Assembly: GCA_963826115.1 (NCBI GenBank)
Contig: CAWGVS010000006.1
Span: 320,001-384,000 of the forward strand
Length of the DNA stretch: 64,000 nucleotides
Direction of reading: 5' to 3'
Origin: an uncultured Candidatus Rokubacteria bacterium
GTDB taxonomy: Bacteria; Methylomirabilota; Methylomirabilia; Rokubacteriales; DASRDR01
In this document: piece by piece, positions 42,779-53,200 of the stretch
How positions within the stretch are numbered: position 1 is the stretch's first letter
Layout of the letters: each line of letters opens with the position of its first letter
Made by a program: the position numbers and the translations under genes
Notes under the pieces: model-generated
Database searches by the model: none
What the model saw: only the letters and a program-made list of their open reading frames with translations
Told to the model about the DNA's origin: nothing

Positions 42779-44053
42779 ATGACGCGAGCGGACCGCCTGC
42801 GCGGCTACTACGACCGGAAGCGCGAGACGATGGGCGGGCGCGCGCGCCGGGTCTACCAGGACGCCTGGGTCCGGGCGCTGGTCACGCACGCCTGGCGGCG
42901 CGCGCCCGGCGTGCGGCGGCGCCTGGAGGCCGCCGGGCTCCGTCCGGCGGCCATCCGGACCACGGCCGACCTCGCCCGCCTTCCGGTCATGAAGAAGGCG
43001 GCCATGCCCGATCTCCAGCGCGCGGACCCTCCGTTCGGCGGCTTCTGCACGGTGCCGCCGACGGACCTCAGCTGGGTGTTCGTGTCGCCCGGCCCGATCT
43101 ACGAGCCGTTCGCGCGGCGGGACTGGAGTCCCTGGCGCGCCGAGACGGCGGCCTTCGCCGGCGGGTTCCGGCCCGGCGACGTGGTCATCAACACGTTCCT
43201 GTACCACCTCACCCCCGCCGCGCACCTCTTCGACCGCGGGCTCGCGCTGCTCGGCTGCACCGTCATCCCGACCGGCCCCGGGAACGTGGAGGTGCAGGTC
43301 AAGACCATCCTCGACCTCCGCGCCACGGGCTACGTCGGCACGCCGTCGTTCCTCCTGGCCATCCTGAAGCACGCCGACGAGAAGGGGCTCGGGCGGCTCC
43401 CGCTCGAGGTCGCCCAGGTCGGCGCGGAGGCCCTGCCCCCGTCGCTCCGGCGGGCGATCGAGACCGACCACGGGATCCTCACGCGCCAGGGCTTCGGCAC
43501 CGCCGACCTCGGCATCATCGCCTACGAGTGCCGCGAGGCTGACGGGATGCACGTGATGGAGGACGTCGTCCTCGAGATCTGCGATCCCGAGACCGGCGCG
43601 CCGCTCCCCGCGGGCGAGACCGGCGAGATCGTCTGCACCGTGAACCACCGGGCGTATCCGATGATCCGGTTCGGCACCGGCGACCTCTCCGTCGTCACCG
43701 AGGCGCCGTGCCCGTGCGGGCGCACCTCGCCGCGGATGCTCGGCTGGCGAGGGCGCGTGGACGAGGTGACGAAGGTGCGGGGCATGTTCATCCATCCGCG
43801 CCAGGGGGACGAGGTCGTCGCGCGGTTCCCGGCGGTGGCGCGCTGGCAGGCGGTCGTGACTCGCGAGGGCCACCAGGACGAGCTCACGCTGCACGTGGAG
43901 CTCGGGCATGGCGCGAACGCCGAGCAGGTCAGCGGCGGGATGGTCGAGGCCATCCGGGACGTCATGAAGCTGCGCGGCGCGGTGCGGGTCGTGGCGCCCG
44001 GGACGATCGCGCCGAACGCCAAGAAGATCGACGACCGCCGGACGTGGGACTGA
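42779..44053 (+). CDS. Phenylacetate-CoA ligase-like (PaaK family) protein
   Basis: SPGPIYEP, GYVGTPSF, GAEAL, RFGTGD, KVRGMF. Confidence 0.85.
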   Translation: MTRADRLRGYYDRKRETMGGRARRVYQDAWVRALVTHAWRRAPGVRRRLEAAGLRPAAIRTTADLARLPVMKKAAMPDLQRADPPFGGFCTVPPTDLSWVFVSPGPIYEPFARRDWSPWRAETAAFAGGFRPGDVVINTFLYHLTPAAHLFDRGLALLGCTVIPTGPGNVEVQVKTILDLRATGYVGTPSFLLAILKHADEKGLGRLPLEVAQVGAEALPPSLRRAIETDHGILTRQGFGTADLGIIAYECREADGMHVMEDVVLEICDPETGAPLPAGETGEIVCTVNHRAYPMIRFGTGDLSVVTEAPCPCGRTSPRMLGWRGRVDEVTKVRGMFIHPRQGDEVVARFPAVARWQAVVTREGHQDELTLHVELGHGANAEQVSGGMVEAIRDVMKLRGAVRVVAPGTIAPNAKKIDDRRTWD

Positions 44054-44081
44054 GTGGGGTCGATCCCTGACCGCCCACGTC

Positions 44082-44630
44082 GTGACTCGCCGCGGGCTCC
44101 TGGCCCGCCTGGCGAGCCTCGCCCTGGGGCACGGCCGGCCGGCGCGCGCAGCCGCCCCCCCGGTCGACATGGCCGACGTCAGGCGGCTCGCGCGGGAACC
44201 GGTCGAGACGATCTTCGCGGGCATGCCCATCGGCCGGCTCACCGACGCGGACTACTGGAAGACGGTGCGGGGAAGCCCGAGGCCCGTCGTCGTGGTCTTC
44301 TACGCCAACCAGGACGAGCGTTCGCGGAACCTCGCGACGCTGGCGCGCTACCTGGCCGTCGAGTACGCGGAGGTGATCGGCTTCTACGGCTACCGCGTGA
44401 CCGCGGGGACGACCGTGGAGCGCGCCGCGCTCGCCGAGATCGACCGGCGCTACGGGGTGAAGCGGCTCCCGGCGACCCTGTTCTACGACAACGACCACGG
44501 CAAGATGGAGCTCGAGCGCGCCGACTACTCGGTCCCCGCCATGCTCGAGTACCGGACCCCGAGCATGCTGTTCTGGCGGACATACCACCAGGCCATCCGG
44601 GAGTACATCGAGAAGAACATCCTGGACTGA
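44082..44630 (+). CDS. Exported thioredoxin-like fold protein lacking cysteines
   Basis: TRRGLL Tat-like signal; PVVVVFYA..DERS at the CxxC position; YGVKRLPATLFY. Confidence 0.6.
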   Translation: MTRRGLLARLASLALGHGRPARAAAPPVDMADVRRLAREPVETIFAGMPIGRLTDADYWKTVRGSPRPVVVVFYANQDERSRNLATLARYLAVEYAEVIGFYGYRVTAGTTVERAALAEIDRRYGVKRLPATLFYDNDHGKMELERADYSVPAMLEYRTPSMLFWRTYHQAIREYIEKNILD

Positions 44631-44649
44631 GGAGAGCCGCAGACCTGCG

Positions 44650-45303
44650 ATGACTGACCGGATGGAGCTCTTCGAGCGCGTGCTCTCGCTCGAGCCGGGC
44701 CGGACCGCGCTGCTCGTCGTCGACATGCAGCGCGGGTTCCTCGACCCTGGGGCGGCGATGGAGGTGCCGGCGGCGCGGGCGATCGTGCCGACGGTGGCCC
44801 GGCTGGTGGCCTTGTTCCGGGAGCGGCGCCTTCCGGTGGTGTTCAGCCAGTTCGTCTACTCGCCGGCGGCGCCGCTCCTGGTGGGCGAGCTCCATCCGGA
44901 GCACCGCCCGGCGCCTCCGGGCGCGCCGACCGGGTTCGGCCGGCCGTCGTCCTCGTGCCTCGAGGGCGACCCGAGCGTCGACGTGGTGCCCGAGCTCGCG
45001 CCGCGGCCCGGCGAGCTCGCGGTCCGGAAGCACTGGTACGACGCGTTCGCGGGCACGCCGCTCGACGGCGCGCTCCGGGCGCAGGGCGTGGGGTCGCTGG
45101 TAGTGACCGGGACGATGACGGACATCTGCGTCCTCGCCACCGTCATCGGCGCGTTCAACCGGGAGTACCGCGTCACCGTCGTCGAGGACGGCGTGGCGAC
45201 CCTCTGGCCCGAGATCCAGCGGGCGAGCCTCGACATCGTCCGCCGAGCCTACGGACGGGTGACGCCCGCCGCGCGCGTGGCCGCGGAGATCGCGGCCTGG
45301 TGA
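44650..45303 (+). CDS. Isochorismatase-family cysteine hydrolase (amidase-like)
   Basis: VVDMQ (Asp), VRKHWYDAF (Lys), TDICV (Cys) triad. Confidence 0.9.
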   Translation: MTDRMELFERVLSLEPGRTALLVVDMQRGFLDPGAAMEVPAARAIVPTVARLVALFRERRLPVVFSQFVYSPAAPLLVGELHPEHRPAPPGAPTGFGRPSSSCLEGDPSVDVVPELAPRPGELAVRKHWYDAFAGTPLDGALRAQGVGSLVVTGTMTDICVLATVIGAFNREYRVTVVEDGVATLWPEIQRASLDIVRRAYGRVTPAARVAAEIAAW

Positions 45304-45412
45304 GGGCGCCGGGGCGGAGACTTGCGCGGAGCGGCCCGCCCGTGGAGTATAGGGCCGCCCGGCCGACCGATCTCACGGCCGACATTCCAACCTAACCAGG
45401 GAGGAGCCGACC

Positions 45413-46717
45413 ATGACGGAGCGCTGGCAGAACGAAGCGTGGGCGCAGGACTTCTGGTGGAGCGGCAAGACCACGCGGCGCCGTTTCCTTGGCCTCACCG
45501 CCGGCGCGGCCGGCGCGCTGGGGGCGACGATGCTGGTGCCCCCGCCCTGGCGCGAGGCGTTCGGTCAGGCCAAGCCCTACAAGATCGGGAGCCTCCAGCC
45601 CCTGTCGGGCACGGCGGCGGCCGGCGGCAAGACGGCGCTGGTCGGCGTGCAGATGGCGGTGGACCGGATCAACAAGAGCGGTGGCGTGAACGGGCGGCCC
45701 ATTGAGCTGCTGGTCGCCGACTACGAGTCGAAGCCCGACGTCGGCCGGCGCAAGGCGGAGAAGCTGGTCGTCGACGACCAGATCGACGCCCACGCCGGGG
45801 GCTATCTCTCCAACGTGTGCCTGGCCTGCATGCCGGTCTACGAGGAGAACAAGGTCGTCAACATGATCACGGTGTGCCTCGACACCACGATCACGACGAC
45901 GAAGTGCAGCCGGTACACCTTCCGGCCGTTCGACTTCGCCCCGGCCCAGGCGGTCGCCGCGGCGCCGTACCTGGTCAACAAGATCGGCAAGCGATGGCAC
46001 ATCGCCTACGCCGACTACGCCTGGGGACAGTCCACCCGCGACGCCTACGTCGAGCAGATCAAGGGCGCCGGCGGCTCGGTCGTCGAGACGACGGGTATCC
46101 CGCTCGGGACGGCGGACATGACGCCGTTCCTGTCGAAGGTCACCGGCAGCTTCGATGGGCTGTTCGGGATCTTCTTCGGGCCCCAGGGCATCGCCTTCGT
46201 CACCCAGAGCTTCGACCTGGGTCTCAGCAAGAAGTACCGTCTGGCCGGCGACGGGGCCATCGCGGTCGCCACCGCCCTGCCGGCGATCGGCAGCAAGGGA
46301 GAGGGCTTCGTCGGTATCGACCGCTACATCCCGGTGATGGAGGGCGTCCTGAACACGCCCCATCACAAGCGGTTCCTCGACGACGCGACGGCGCGGCTCA
46401 AGCAGATTGACCCGAGCGGGCCGCTGCCCGACCGCTACGTGCAGTCGAACTACGAGGGTCTCAACGCACTCCGGATCGGGATGCAGAAGTCCGGCTTCCA
46501 GGGGCGCAAGGACACGATGAAGCTGATCGAGGCCCTGGAAGGGCTCCAGATGAAGGAAAGCGACGACTTCCCCCAGGGCGACAAGGTCCTGCGCAAGGAG
46601 GACCATCAAGCGTTCCTCCGCGAGTTCATGTTCGAGCTTCGCGGGGGCAAGTACAAGATCCTGGACGTCATTCCCAAGGAGAAGACGATGGTTCCGCCGT
46701 CGTGCCAGTTCGCCTAG
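45413..46717 (+). CDS. Liv-type ABC substrate-binding protein, Tat-exported
   Basis: TRRRFLG signal; QPLSG, INKSGGVNGRPIEL, DYAWG; GGAGG SD. Confidence 0.9.
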   Translation: MTERWQNEAWAQDFWWSGKTTRRRFLGLTAGAAGALGATMLVPPPWREAFGQAKPYKIGSLQPLSGTAAAGGKTALVGVQMAVDRINKSGGVNGRPIELLVADYESKPDVGRRKAEKLVVDDQIDAHAGGYLSNVCLACMPVYEENKVVNMITVCLDTTITTTKCSRYTFRPFDFAPAQAVAAAPYLVNKIGKRWHIAYADYAWGQSTRDAYVEQIKGAGGSVVETTGIPLGTADMTPFLSKVTGSFDGLFGIFFGPQGIAFVTQSFDLGLSKKYRLAGDGAIAVATALPAIGSKGEGFVGIDRYIPVMEGVLNTPHHKRFLDDATARLKQIDPSGPLPDRYVQSNYEGLNALRIGMQKSGFQGRKDTMKLIEALEGLQMKESDDFPQGDKVLRKEDHQAFLREFMFELRGGKYKILDVIPKEKTMVPPSCQFA

Positions 46718-46727
46718 CGCGACTGGC

Positions 46728-47518
46728 GTGACCGACGCGCGCGCGGCCGGAGCAGTCTCCCGGCCCGGACCGGGGACTGCTCCGCCGCCCATCCTCTCGA
46801 CCGAGGGCCTGACCGTGCAGTTCGGCGGGCTGACGGCCCTCAACCGCGTCTCCCTGGCGGTGACGCCGGGCGAGATCCGGGCCGTCATCGGACCGAACGG
46901 GGCGGGGAAGTCCACCCTGTTCAACTGCCTCACCGGCGTGCTCCGGCCCACCGCGGGCCGGATCGTCCTCGAGGGGCGGGACGTCACCGGGCTGCCGCCC
47001 CACGCGCTCTCGCACCGGGGCATCGCCCGCAGCTACCAGATCACCAACATCCTGCCCGGTGCTACCGTGCTGGAGAACGTGCGAATCGCGGCCCAGTCGC
47101 GCCGGCACGGCTGGAGCCTCTGGCGGCACCACCTCGCGTATACGGATCTCCTGGTCCGGGCTCGACACGTGCTCGCGAGCGTCGGCCTCGACGACAAGGC
47201 GGACGAGCTGGCGGCGAACCTCTCGCACGGGGAGCAGCGGAACCTCGAGATCGGGATCGCGCTCGCCACCGAACCGAAGGTGCTGTGCCTGGACGAGCCG
47301 ACGGCGGGCATGAGCGCGACCGAGACTCGAGCCACGGTCGAGCTCGTCCGGCGGATCGCCGCCGACTACACCATCCTCATCGTCGAGCACGACATGGAGG
47401 TCGTGATGGGGCTTGCCCAGACCATCACCGTGCTCCACTACGGCGAGATCCTGGCCGAGGGCACGCCCGCCGAGATCCAGGCGAATGCCCGCGTCCAGGA
47501 GGTGTACCTGAAAACCTG

Positions 47519-47519
<1 letters not shown>
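46728..47519 (+). CDS. Liv-type ABC ATP-binding protein (LivG-like)
   Basis: GPNGAGKST, ARSYQ, LSHGEQR, LDEP. Confidence 0.9.
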
Positions 47520-48226
<707 letters not shown>

Positions 48227-48234
48227 GGCTCCCG

Positions 48235-49095
48235 ATGGACCAGATCCTGATCCAGACGGTCAACGGACTCGTCAACGGGATGATCCTCGCCCTCGTGGCG
48301 TCCGGGCTGACGCTCATCTTCGGCATCATGGACGTGGTCAACTTCGCCCACGGCGACCTCGTGATGCTGGGGGGATTCGTCGGAGCCGCCACGATCGCGG
48401 CGACCGGGAACTTCTGGCTGGCGCTTCTGGTGGCGGCCGTCACGATCGGAGTGTTCGGCGCGCTGCTGCAGGCGACGACGCTGCGCCCGCTCCTCGGGCG
48501 TGATCCCTTGACCACGATCCTGGCGACCTTTGGCGCGTCGCTGGTCCTGCAGAAGTACGCCATCTGGCAGTGGGGCCCCACGGCCCGGCAGATCCCGGAG
48601 CCGGTGACGGGCCAGTTCGCGCTCTTCTACCTCCAGTATCCCTGGTATCGCATCCTGGCGGCCGCGCTGTCCGGGGCGATCATCTTCGCCCTCTGGCTCT
48701 TCCTGAAGCACGGCAAGTACGGCATCTGGATCCGGGCGACGACCCAGGACCGGGTGATGGCCTCGGCCATGGGCATCCCCGTGCCCCTCGTGCACACCGT
48801 CGTGTTCGCCATCGGCGCCGCGATGGCCGCGGCGAGCGGCGTGCTGTTCGCGCCGCTCGCCGCCGTCACGCAGACGATGGGCTTCGACTTCACGCTCCGC
48901 GCGTTCATCGTGGTCGTGGTGGGCGGCATGGGCAACCTCGGCGGCTCGATCCTGGCCGCGATCTTCATCAGCCTGATCGAGGCCTACGCCGCGATCGTGG
49001 TGAGCCCCGCCCAGGCGGTCATCGTCTCGTTCGTGGTGCTGGTCATCACCATGCTCGTCCGGCCGACCGGCCTGTTCGTCCCCACGCCGAAATGA
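48235..49095 (+). CDS. Liv-type ABC permease (LivH-like)
   Basis: GLTLIFGIMDVVNFAHG, VGGMG, RPTGLF. Confidence 0.9.
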   Translation: MDQILIQTVNGLVNGMILALVASGLTLIFGIMDVVNFAHGDLVMLGGFVGAATIAATGNFWLALLVAAVTIGVFGALLQATTLRPLLGRDPLTTILATFGASLVLQKYAIWQWGPTARQIPEPVTGQFALFYLQYPWYRILAAALSGAIIFALWLFLKHGKYGIWIRATTQDRVMASAMGIPVPLVHTVVFAIGAAMAAASGVLFAPLAAVTQTMGFDFTLRAFIVVVVGGMGNLGGSILAAIFISLIEAYAAIVVSPAQAVIVSFVVLVITMLVRPTGLFVPTPK

Positions 49096-50063
49096 CGACG
49101 GCCGTGGCCCGGGCCGCCCGCCCCGCGACCGGCTACTGGATCGGATTCGGTGTCGTGCTGGCGGTTCTGGCCGCCGCGCCGCTCGTGCTGCCGCCGTTCT
49201 GGCAGCGCTTCGCCACGGAGATTCTGATCTGGGGCCTGCTGGCGATGTCCTCCGACATCCTGATCGGCTACACGGGCATGGTCTCGTTCGGGCACTCGGC
49301 CTTCTTCGGCCTCGGCATGTACGGCGCGGCCACAGCGCTCCTCACGAGCAAGCCGCCGAGTCTCGCGCTGGCCGTGTTCTACGGCCTGGTGGGGGCGGGC
49401 GCCGTGGCGGTCTTCGTCGCCTTCTTCGCGACGCGCCTCCGCGAGATCTACTTCTCCATCTCGACCCTGGTCTTCTCCCAGATCTTTTACGTCATCATCT
49501 TCACCTGGACGGCAGTGACCGGCGGGGAGAACGGCCTCTCTTTCAGCCAGCCTGCCCTCGCGATCCCGGGCTTCGAGCGCACCCGATTCACGCTGGCGAC
49601 CTTCCACTGGTTCGTGCTCGCGGTGGTCGCGCTCTCGTACCTCGTGGCCCGCCGCATCACACAGTCTCCCTTCGGCATGGTCCTCCAGTCGATCCGGGAG
49701 AACGAGGCGCGCACGCGGGCCATCGGCTACCACGTGGAGCGCTACAAGATGGTGGCGGTGATGCTGTCGGGGCTGTTCGCGGGGCTGGCCGGCGTGCTCT
49801 ACGCGGTCCAGAACAAGTTCGCCGCCCCCGACTTCGTCTTCTTCGCCGTGTCCGGAGAGGTCGTGATCTACAACGTGATGGGGGGAATCGGCACGCTGGT
49901 GGGCCCCTTCGCCGGGGCCGCGTTCTTCCTGCTGCTGAGGGAAGGCGTCTCCCGGTTCTTCACGGAGTACTACCTGATCCCGGTGGGCGTGCTGTTCATC
50001 CTGATGATCATCTTCCTGCCGCAGGGGCTGCTCGGGTTCCTCCGCCGGCCGCTGAACCGCTGA
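49092..50063 (+). CDS. Liv-type ABC permease (LivM-like)
   Basis: GYTGMVSFGH, TGGENG, IRENE, GGIGTLVGP. Confidence 0.9.
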   Translation: MTTAVARAARPATGYWIGFGVVLAVLAAAPLVLPPFWQRFATEILIWGLLAMSSDILIGYTGMVSFGHSAFFGLGMYGAATALLTSKPPSLALAVFYGLVGAGAVAVFVAFFATRLREIYFSISTLVFSQIFYVIIFTWTAVTGGENGLSFSQPALAIPGFERTRFTLATFHWFVLAVVALSYLVARRITQSPFGMVLQSIRENEARTRAIGYHVERYKMVAVMLSGLFAGLAGVLYAVQNKFAAPDFVFFAVSGEVVIYNVMGGIGTLVGPFAGAAFFLLLREGVSRFFTEYYLIPVGVLFILMIIFLPQGLLGFLRRPLNR

Positions 50064-50107
50064 GCCCGTCGGCGTCCCCGGGACCGCTTCCGGCGCGGGC
50101 GCAACCG

Positions 50108-50137
50108 TTGACGAACCCCGGGGCCGCCGCCGACAAT
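50108..50137 (+). promoter_or_regulatory. Sigma70-type promoter for the PKS/FAS-like cluster
   Basis: TTGACG-N18-GACAAT. Confidence 0.45.
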
Positions 50138-50147
50138 GGACCCGTCT

Positions 50148-50987
50148 ATGACCGGTCTAGGCCGCGCGGGTGAGCGCGTGCGACCTGGCGGCGGCCCGCC
50201 CCGGCAACGCCGGCCGTACCCGGTCACCGCGCTGGGCGTGGCGACGGCCATCGGGCTCCTGGCGGCGGCCTGCGCGGGGACTCCGGCGGCGGACCCCGCG
50301 GCCGCGACGCGAGCCCGGTTCGATCTCGAGCACGATGCCTTCGCCTTCGCGAACCTCGTGCGGGCCGAGCGCCCCGGATGGAACGACAGCTTCGCGAATT
50401 ACTGCCTGCTCATCGCCCGCTCGGCGAGCCAGTTCTATCGCTTCGCCCGCTTCGCGCCCGACCAGCCCCCGGCGTCGGCGGACGAGTACGCGCGCCTGGT
50501 CCACGAGGTCATGGCCCGGCCGGCCTGGGCGCCGCCGGCCGAGGACGCGCAGCGCGTGAGCATCCCGGGCTACGCGAACCTCCGCGACTTCTCGGCGGCG
50601 CAGGAGCGGGTCGTCAAGGAGGCCTTCGGCTCCAACGTCCTCAGCATGATGCACTGGCGCACGTGGCGCGTGGGCGTCGACTTCCCGCCGGAGCACCAGG
50701 CGCGTCTCGCGCGCGAGCTGATCGACGAGGTGGATGCCGGCCGCCCGGTGCCCCTGATGATCACGAACTTCCCCCACGAGGACCTCCTCAACCACTCCGT
50801 GCTCGTGTACGACCACCGCCCGGGCCAGCAGGGCACCGACTTCCTCTCCTACGACCCGAACGATCCCGGCTCGCCGCTCACGCTGTACTACGACGCCACC
50901 GCGCGGGCCTTCTGGGTGGGGCCCCTGACGTACAGTCAGCCCGGACGGATCCGCGCCTTCCGCATCTACGGCTCGCCGCTCTTCTGA
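50148..50987 (+). CDS. Lipoprotein with putative papain-like Cys-His-Asp triad
   Basis: Lipobox-like LAAAC; FANYC...LNHSVLVY...YDPNDP; start uncertain (50136/50148/50178). Confidence 0.65.
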   Translation: MTGLGRAGERVRPGGGPPRQRRPYPVTALGVATAIGLLAAACAGTPAADPAAATRARFDLEHDAFAFANLVRAERPGWNDSFANYCLLIARSASQFYRFARFAPDQPPASADEYARLVHEVMARPAWAPPAEDAQRVSIPGYANLRDFSAAQERVVKEAFGSNVLSMMHWRTWRVGVDFPPEHQARLARELIDEVDAGRPVPLMITNFPHEDLLNHSVLVYDHRPGQQGTDFLSYDPNDPGSPLTLYYDATARAFWVGPLTYSQPGRIRAFRIYGSPLF

Positions 50988-50990
50988 CGC

Positions 50991-51962
50991 ATGCGTGTGC
51001 CTCCGCCGCCCGCGCCCGCCCGGCCCGCCGCCGACGAGGCGCCCGTGCCCGCGACGCTCGCGCGCGCGGCCGAGCCCGGCCGCGCGCGCTGGCACGCGCA
51101 CGGGTTCAACCGCTCGGGGTACTACCAGCTCGCGGCCGCCGCGGCGCGCGGACTGCCCCGGCCGCTGCGGACGCGGATCGCCGGGCGACTGGGCCGCCTC
51201 TTGATGGCGTGCTTCTCCGCGGAGCGCGCGGCGGTCAGGCGGAACCTCGCACGGGTCCATCCGGGTCGCGAGCCGGCGTGGCTCGACGGCGCGGTCGCCC
51301 AGGTGTTCGCGCGCTTCGGCGTCTGCTTCGCCGACCTCCTGTCCCTGAACCGGGGACCGGACGCGGAGATCTGGCGGCACGTGACGGGACTCGAGACCAT
51401 GGATCCGGCGAGCGCCGCCGTGACCCGCGGGCGCGGCTGCGTGACGCTCACCGCGCACCTCGGGAACTGGGAGCTCGCGGGCCGGCTCCTGCCCGTCACC
51501 GGCCGCCCGGTGCACGTGGTCATGGCCCCCGAGGCGAATCCCGGCGTGGACGCGCTGCTCGCGCGCGGCGCGCGCCGCGGCGTGCGATTCGTGCGCCTGA
51601 CGAGCCCGATGGTCGGGGTCGAGCTGGTGGCCGCGCTGCGGCGCGGCGAGGTCGTGGCGTTTCAGGTCGACCGCGGCGTCGGCGGGCGCGGCGACGCCGC
51701 GGTGCCGTTCTTCGGCGCGCCGGCGCGGTTTCCGATCGGGCCGTTCGTGATGGCGGCGGCGGCGGGCGCGCCGGTGGTCTCGGCGTTCTGTGTCCTCGAG
51801 CGGAACGGCCGCTACCGGCTCCACACGGAGCCGCCGTTCTACGTGGCCCGCGGCGCCGAGGAGACCGCGCTGCGCGCCGTGGCGGGGACGCTGGAGCGGT
51901 ACGTCCGCGCCCACTGGGACCAGTGGTTCAACTTCTACGACGTCTGGGAGCCGGCGGCGTGA
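50991..51962 (+). CDS. LpxL/HtrB-family (lipid A-type) acyltransferase
   Basis: LTAHLGNWE (HX4E), VAFQVDR, VPFFG, DQWFNFYDVW. Confidence 0.88.
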   Translation: MRVPPPPAPARPAADEAPVPATLARAAEPGRARWHAHGFNRSGYYQLAAAAARGLPRPLRTRIAGRLGRLLMACFSAERAAVRRNLARVHPGREPAWLDGAVAQVFARFGVCFADLLSLNRGPDAEIWRHVTGLETMDPASAAVTRGRGCVTLTAHLGNWELAGRLLPVTGRPVHVVMAPEANPGVDALLARGARRGVRFVRLTSPMVGVELVAALRRGEVVAFQVDRGVGGRGDAAVPFFGAPARFPIGPFVMAAAAGAPVVSAFCVLERNGRYRLHTEPPFYVARGAEETALRAVAGTLERYVRAHWDQWFNFYDVWEPAA

Positions 51963-53200
51963 CGGGCCCCTTCGCGCCGCGCGTCTCGCCGATCGCGATC
52001 AGCGGCGCCGGCGCGGTGACGGCGATCGGCCAGGATCTCGACGGCTTCTGGGCCGGGTTGGTCACGGGCGCGTCGGGGATCAGCGAGATCGAGCGCTTCC
52101 CCGTGGCCGACCTGCGCGTCACGCGGGGCGGAGAGATCAAGAAGCTCCGCCGCGACCTCCCCGCGCCGCCGGCCGGGGGGGCCGCGCGATCCCGCCGCGG
52201 CGCCTACTGCCGGACGTCGGACTTCCTCGTCCATGCCGCCCGGGAGGCGCTCGAGACGGCCGCCCTCCGCGAGGGCCTGCCGGAGGCGGGCCGGCTGGCC
52301 GTCGTCGTCGGCACCGCGCTGGGCGGGATCGACGAGGCGAGCCGCGGCCTCGCCGCGCCGCGCGCGCTGAGCTCGCTGACCGGCTCCGCGTACGACGGTC
52401 CCACCCGCAACCTCGCCCGGTGGCTCGGGGCGCGGGGCCCGGTCCTGACCGTGACGACGGCCTGCGCATCCGGGGCTGCCAGCCTCGGCCTCGGCGCGGA
52501 CCTCCTGCGGACGGGCCAGGCGGACGTCGTGGTGGCCGGCGGAGCGGACGCCCTGTGCCGGTTCGTCCAGCGCGGCTTCAACGTGCTGCGATCCCTCACG
52601 CGCGACGCCGTGCGGCCCTTCGATCGACGCCGCAGCGGGCTCCTCCTCGGCGAGGGCGCGGGTCTGGTCGTGCTCGAGCGGCCCGACGCCGCGGTGCGCC
52701 GCGGGCACCGGCCGCTCGGCTACCTCCTGGGTCACGCCAGCACGGCCGACGGCGCCCATATCACCGCGCCGGACCCCGAGGGGCGAGGCCTCGAGCTCGC
52801 CGTGCGGACCGCCCTCGCGGAGGCCGGGCTCGCGCCCGACGCCATCGATCTCGTGAGCGCACACGGCACCGGGACATCGGCGAACGACCGCGTCGAGACC
52901 GAGGTGCTGAAGCGCGTCCTCGGCCGCCGCGCCCACGCCATCCCCGTGAACTCCATCAAGGCCCACCTCGGGCACACGATGGGCGCCGCCGCGACCCTCG
53001 AGGCGATCATGTGCCTGCTCGCGGCCCGGCACGGCCAGGTGCCGCCGACGCTCAACTACGGCGAGCCGGATCCCGCCTGCGACCTGGACTGCGTCCCGAA
53101 CGCGGCGCGACCCTGGCCCTCCCGGGTGAGCCTGTCGACCTCGCTGGGATTCGGCGGCTGCAATGCCGCGCTGGTCCTCGCCGGGGGAGAGGGCCGGTGA
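51959..53200 (+). CDS. Beta-ketoacyl-ACP synthase (KS1), active Cys-His-His
   Basis: TACASG, RPFD, GEGAG, AHGTGT, KAHLGHTMGA, SLGFGG; GTGA overlap. Confidence 0.9.
   Translation: MTGPFAPRVSPIAISGAGAVTAIGQDLDGFWAGLVTGASGISEIERFPVADLRVTRGGEIKKLRRDLPAPPAGGAARSRRGAYCRTSDFLVHAAREALETAALREGLPEAGRLAVVVGTALGGIDEASRGLAAPRALSSLTGSAYDGPTRNLARWLGARGPVLTVTTACASGAASLGLGADLLRTGQADVVVAGGADALCRFVQRGFNVLRSLTRDAVRPFDRRRSGLLLGEGAGLVVLERPDAAVRRGHRPLGYLLGHASTADGAHITAPDPEGRGLELAVRTALAEAGLAPDAIDLVSAHGTGTSANDRVETEVLKRVLGRRAHAIPVNSIKAHLGHTMGAAATLEAIMCLLAARHGQVPPTLNYGEPDPACDLDCVPNAARPWPSRVSLSTSLGFGGCNAALVLAGGEGR

Noticed and set aside
50378-53200. Apparent 940-aa KS fusion; similarly the 1619-aa kinase, 696-aa ACAD, 703-aa mutase, 911-aa ligase and 786-aa CLF ORFs
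   Set aside because: The N-terminal extensions are off-frame read-through across upstream genes; real starts sit at overlapping GTGA/ATGA junctions or after SD sites
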